A stretch of DNA of 38,688 bases, taken from Methylococcales bacterium (lineage in GTDB: Bacteria > Pseudomonadota > Gammaproteobacteria > Methylococcales > Methylomonadaceae). The stretch covers positions 1 through 38,688 of the forward strand of contig JAGLUC010000345.1 of NCBI GenBank assembly GCA_023134955.1, written 5' to 3'. The position numbers were made by a program, and so were the translations under genes. The notes beneath the pieces were generated by a model that ran no database searches, was not told the origin of the DNA, and worked only from the letters and a program-made list of their open reading frames with translations. Shown here in pieces: positions 36,186 to 38,688 of the stretch (positions are counted from its first letter, which is position 1; the number at the start of each line of letters is the position of its first letter).

Positions 36186-36196
36186 AGGAATTAATA

Positions 36197-36961
36197 ATGC
36201 CTATTTCACTGGCTGTTTTAGAACAAATTATTCGTGAGGCGGGTGATATTGCCATGCGTCATTTCAAAAATTTAGATAATGTTGAGGTCATTAAAAAAAG
36301 CCCAAGGGATTTAGTGACAGAGGCTGATGTTGCAGTGGAGGCTTTTTTAAAACAGGCTTTAGCTAAAGCCTATCCTCAATATGGTTTTTGGGGGGAAGAA
36401 AGTGGGCAGTCGGATGATCAATTTAATCGCTGGGTTGTTGACCCGATTGATGGCACACATTCTTTTGCCAAGGGTCAATATTTTTGGTCTATCAGTATCG
36501 CTTTGGAAATTGCAGGCGAATTAGTTGCTGGGTCGGTTTATGCGCCTGCTCTGGATGATTTATATATTGCAGCCAAAGGAAAAGGCGCGACTAAAAATGG
36601 CAAAGCTATTTCTGTTTCTAGCGAAAAAAGTCTGGATGCCTCAATGATTGCTACTGGTTTTGCTTGTTTGCGTTCTTATTTAGTTGAAAATAATTTAAAA
36701 CGTTTTTGTCGAATAGCAGAAAAAACAACAGGACAACGTAGATTTGGTTCGGCTGCCATGGATTTGTGTCTGGTTGCAGATGGTCAGGTAGACGCTTTTT
36801 GGGAGCAGGAGCTTAATTTATATGATGTTGCTGCGGGTGCTTTAATTGCTAAAGAGGCAGGCGGCACAGTGACAGATTTTAAAGGCAATGAAGGGGTGTT
36901 TCCTAAGCAGATATTGGTGACTAATGGCGGTATTTTTGATCAGATTTTGCTATTAATGTAA
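36197..36961 (+). CDS. Inositol monophosphatase family protein (SuhB-like)
   Basis: The family motifs are present: GEESG, WVVDPIDGTHSF, ATGF, and RRFGSAAMDLCLVADGQVDAFWE..YDVAAGALIAKEAGG. An AGGA Shine-Dalgarno sequence lies ~8 nt upstream of the ATG. Confidence 0.85.
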   Translation: MPISLAVLEQIIREAGDIAMRHFKNLDNVEVIKKSPRDLVTEADVAVEAFLKQALAKAYPQYGFWGEESGQSDDQFNRWVVDPIDGTHSFAKGQYFWSISIALEIAGELVAGSVYAPALDDLYIAAKGKGATKNGKAISVSSEKSLDASMIATGFACLRSYLVENNLKRFCRIAEKTTGQRRFGSAAMDLCLVADGQVDAFWEQELNLYDVAAGALIAKEAGGTVTDFKGNEGVFPKQILVTNGGIFDQILLLM

Positions 36962-36990
36962 AAGCTAGAATTGTTAAATTAGAAGCCAAT

Positions 36991-37030
36991 AAAAAGGGGT
37001 ATGTTGAATAAATCAATATACCCCTTTTTT
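36991..37030. terminator. Bidirectional intrinsic terminator between the convergent IMPase-family gene and rpe
   Basis: AAAAA-GGGGTATGTTG-(7 nt loop)-CAATATACCCC-TTTTTT forms an 11 bp stem (one G:U pair) with a GGGG/CCCC base. It is flanked by an A-run on one side and a T-run on the other, so it reads as a terminator on both strands. Confidence 0.75.
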
Positions 37031-37047
37031 ATGAATTGAAGTAAGTC

Positions 37048-37716
37048 TTAAGCTTTAGCAAGCTCAGCGCGCATCTCATCAATTACTTTTTTGTAGTCAG
37101 GCTGGCTGAAAATTGCAGAACCTGCAACAAACATATCAGCACCTGCTGCTTTAATCTCACGAATGTTGTCTACTTTAACACCACCGTCAATTTCTAAACG
37201 GATGTCATAACCACTGTCATCAATTAGTTTTCTGGCCTGGCGTAATTTATCCAATGTTGCAGGGATAAAAGATTGCCCACCAAAACCAGGGTTAACAGAC
37301 ATTAATAAAATAATGTCTACTTTGTCCATCACGTATTCTAAGTGGCTTAAAGGTGTTGCAGGGTTGAACACTAAGCCTGATTTACAACCTGCATCACGAA
37401 TCATTTGTAGAGAACGGTCAATATGAGTTGAACCTTCAGGGTGAAAAGTGATCATGCTTGCGCCCGCTTTGGCAAAGTCGGGGATGATTCTGTCTACAGG
37501 ATCAACCATTAAATGAACATCAATAGGTGCGGTTACACCATGTTTTCTTAATGCATCACAAACCAATGGTCCGATTGTCAGGTTGGGTACAAAGTGGTTG
37601 TCCATAACATCAAAGTGGACAACATCTGCGCCTGAAGCAAGAACATTATCGACTTCTTCGCCTAACTTAGCGAAATCTGCAGAAAGGATGGAAGGAGCTA
37701 TCCAGTTATCTGTCAT
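37048..37716 (-). CDS. rpe: Ribulose-phosphate 3-epimerase
   Basis: The 222 aa protein shows [50 protein letters not shown] and EIDGGV, the full-length Rpe signature. A GAGGA Shine-Dalgarno sequence lies upstream on the minus strand. Confidence 0.95.
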   Translation of the reverse strand: MTDNWIAPSILSADFAKLGEEVDNVLASGADVVHFDVMDNHFVPNLTIGPLVCDALRKHGVTAPIDVHLMVDPVDRIIPDFAKAGASMITFHPEGSTHIDRSLQMIRDAGCKSGLVFNPATPLSHLEYVMDKVDIILLMSVNPGFGGQSFIPATLDKLRQARKLIDDSGYDIRLEIDGGVKVDNIREIKAAGADMFVAGSAIFSQPDYKKVIDEMRAELAKA

Positions 37717-37856
37717 TTTTTTATCCTCTTTGTGTAAAAGCTACATTATATCTTGTTTTAGCCCCCTTATTAAATGAAGTTTTTCTAAATAACTAAAGAC
37801 TTTGTTTTAGAATATCTGTAGTTAATATTAAGTATTCTGCTAAATACGAGGAAATA
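37717..37856. promoter_or_regulatory. Divergent promoter region between rpe (-) and manB (+)
   Basis: A 140 bp AT-rich spacer separates two divergently oriented housekeeping genes, each with a clear GAGGA Shine-Dalgarno sequence. No specific -35/-10 assignment was attempted. Confidence 0.4.
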
Positions 37857-38688
37857 ATGATTAAAAAACTAACATGCTTTAAAGCTTATGATATTAGAGG
37901 TGAACTAGAGCTTGAGCTGGATAACGATGTGGCTTATCGAGTGGGTAGAGCGTTTGCAAGAACACTTAACTTAAAAAAAGTGGTGGTTGGTGGTGATGCC
38001 AGGGCAAGCAGTAAAACTTTAAAAATGGCTTTAGCCAAAGGGTTGCAGGATGAAGGCTGTGATGTTGTTGATATTGGCATGGTAGGGACTGAGGAAATTT
38101 ATTTTGCAACCAGCCACTTAGAAATGAATGGAGGGGTTGAAGTAACAGCTTCTCATAACCCAATTAATTATAATGGGATGAAACTGGTGCGGGAACAAAG
38201 TAAACCCGTGTCAGGTGATACAGGTTTGTGTGATATTCAAACCATGGCTGAAAATCAACCTTGGTTAACAGAAGAAAACCAAGGTAAAAAATCTCAAGGA
38301 CATTATTCTAAAGTTTCAATTTTAAAGTCTTATGTTCAACATCTATTAGGCTATATTAATGCCGAAAATATTAAACCTATTAAATTGGTGGTTAATTCTG
38401 GTAATGGTTCGGCAGGGCATGTGGTTGATGCTTTAGAACAAGCATTTGAGATACTGTCAATACCTATAGAGCTTATTAAAGTACATCATCAAGCTGACGC
38501 AAGTTTTCCCAATGGTATTCCAAATCCTTTATTGCCTGAAAATAGAGCAGATACTAGTGATATGGTTAAGAAACATGGTGCGGATATGGGAATTGCCTGG
38601 GATGGTGATTTTGATCGCTGTTTTTTGTTTGATGAAAAGGGAGAATTTATTGAAGGTTATTATATTGTTGGTTTGTTGGCGGATGCAT
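37857..38688 (+). CDS. manB: Phosphomannomutase/phosphoglucomutase (ManB/CpsG type), 3'-partial (runs off the window)
   Basis: This ORF is not in the supplied track because no stop codon is reached. My translation from the ATG at 37857 gives [18 protein letters not shown]...[41 protein letters not shown]...[16 protein letters not shown]...[28 protein letters not shown]. It is nearly collinear with E. coli ManB/CpsG and includes the TASHNP phosphoserine loop and the DGDFDR metal loop. A GAGGA Shine-Dalgarno sequence lies 6 nt upstream. Confidence 0.9.
   Translation, partial: MIKKLTCFKAYDIRGELELELDNDVAYRVGRAFARTLNLKKVVVGGDARASSKTLKMALAKGLQDEGCDVVDIGMVGTEEIYFATSHLEMNGGVEVTASHNPINYNGMKLVREQSKPVSGDTGLCDIQTMAENQPWLTEENQGKKSQGHYSKVSILKSYVQHLLGYINAENIKPIKLVVNSGNGSAGHVVDALEQAFEILSIPIELIKVHHQADASFPNGIPNPLLPENRADTSDMVKKHGADMGIAWDGDFDRCFLFDEKGEFIEGYYIVGLLADA

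Noticed and set aside
37583-38163. ORF 37583..37777 (+) overlaps rpe, and ORF 37966..38163 (-) lies inside the manB region.
   Set aside because: Both overlap strongly supported housekeeping genes on the opposite strand or in another frame, and both lack motifs. They are shadow ORFs.
1-38688. I searched for mobile-element hallmarks (transposase, integrase or recombinase ORFs, terminal inverted repeats, tRNA-adjacent att sites) that would mark the accessory block as an island, and for tRNA/rRNA genes.
   Set aside because: No such ORFs or structured RNA genes were recognised. The only inverted repeats found are short hairpins in intergenic spacers. Island status cannot be supported from this window alone.

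Overview
The window looks like a moderately AT-rich, probably gammaproteobacterial chromosome; its Rpe and ManB N-termini closely resemble enterobacterial orthologs. About 70% of it is one uninterrupted + strand ORF (11..27418, at least 9135 codons). The frame is also open from position 2, so the gene is probably cut by the left edge. It encodes an apparently cysteine-free, Gly/Ala/Ser/Thr/Asp/Asn-rich repeat protein. The protein has several tiers of internal repeats, a long RTX-type GGxGxD calcium-binding block, and a C-terminal HExxHxxGxxH zincin-like module. Downstream on the same strand lie a SapC-family gene and a tightly packed four-gene operon (28650..35845). That operon encodes (1) a PilZ + tandem GAF-like + TM + HlyD/MFP fusion, (2) an M50 site-2-protease core with a PqqD/RRE-like N-terminus and an HlyD-like C-terminus, (3) a SecA paralog that keeps NBD1-PPXD-NBD2 but stops in the first scaffold helix, and (4) a signal-peptide-bearing MFP. 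The window contains no ABC transporter and no TolC-like outer-membrane factor. The most interesting reading is an undescribed, possibly c-di-GMP-gated envelope export or processing machine, in which a SecA-derived motor and an M50 membrane core replace the ABC component of a type I system. The neighbouring giant protein, or an unseen peptide, would be the cargo. The right end (36197 onward) is ordinary housekeeping: an inositol-monophosphatase-family gene, rpe, and a 3'-truncated phosphomannomutase. No rRNA, tRNA, CRISPR array or mobile element was recognised.
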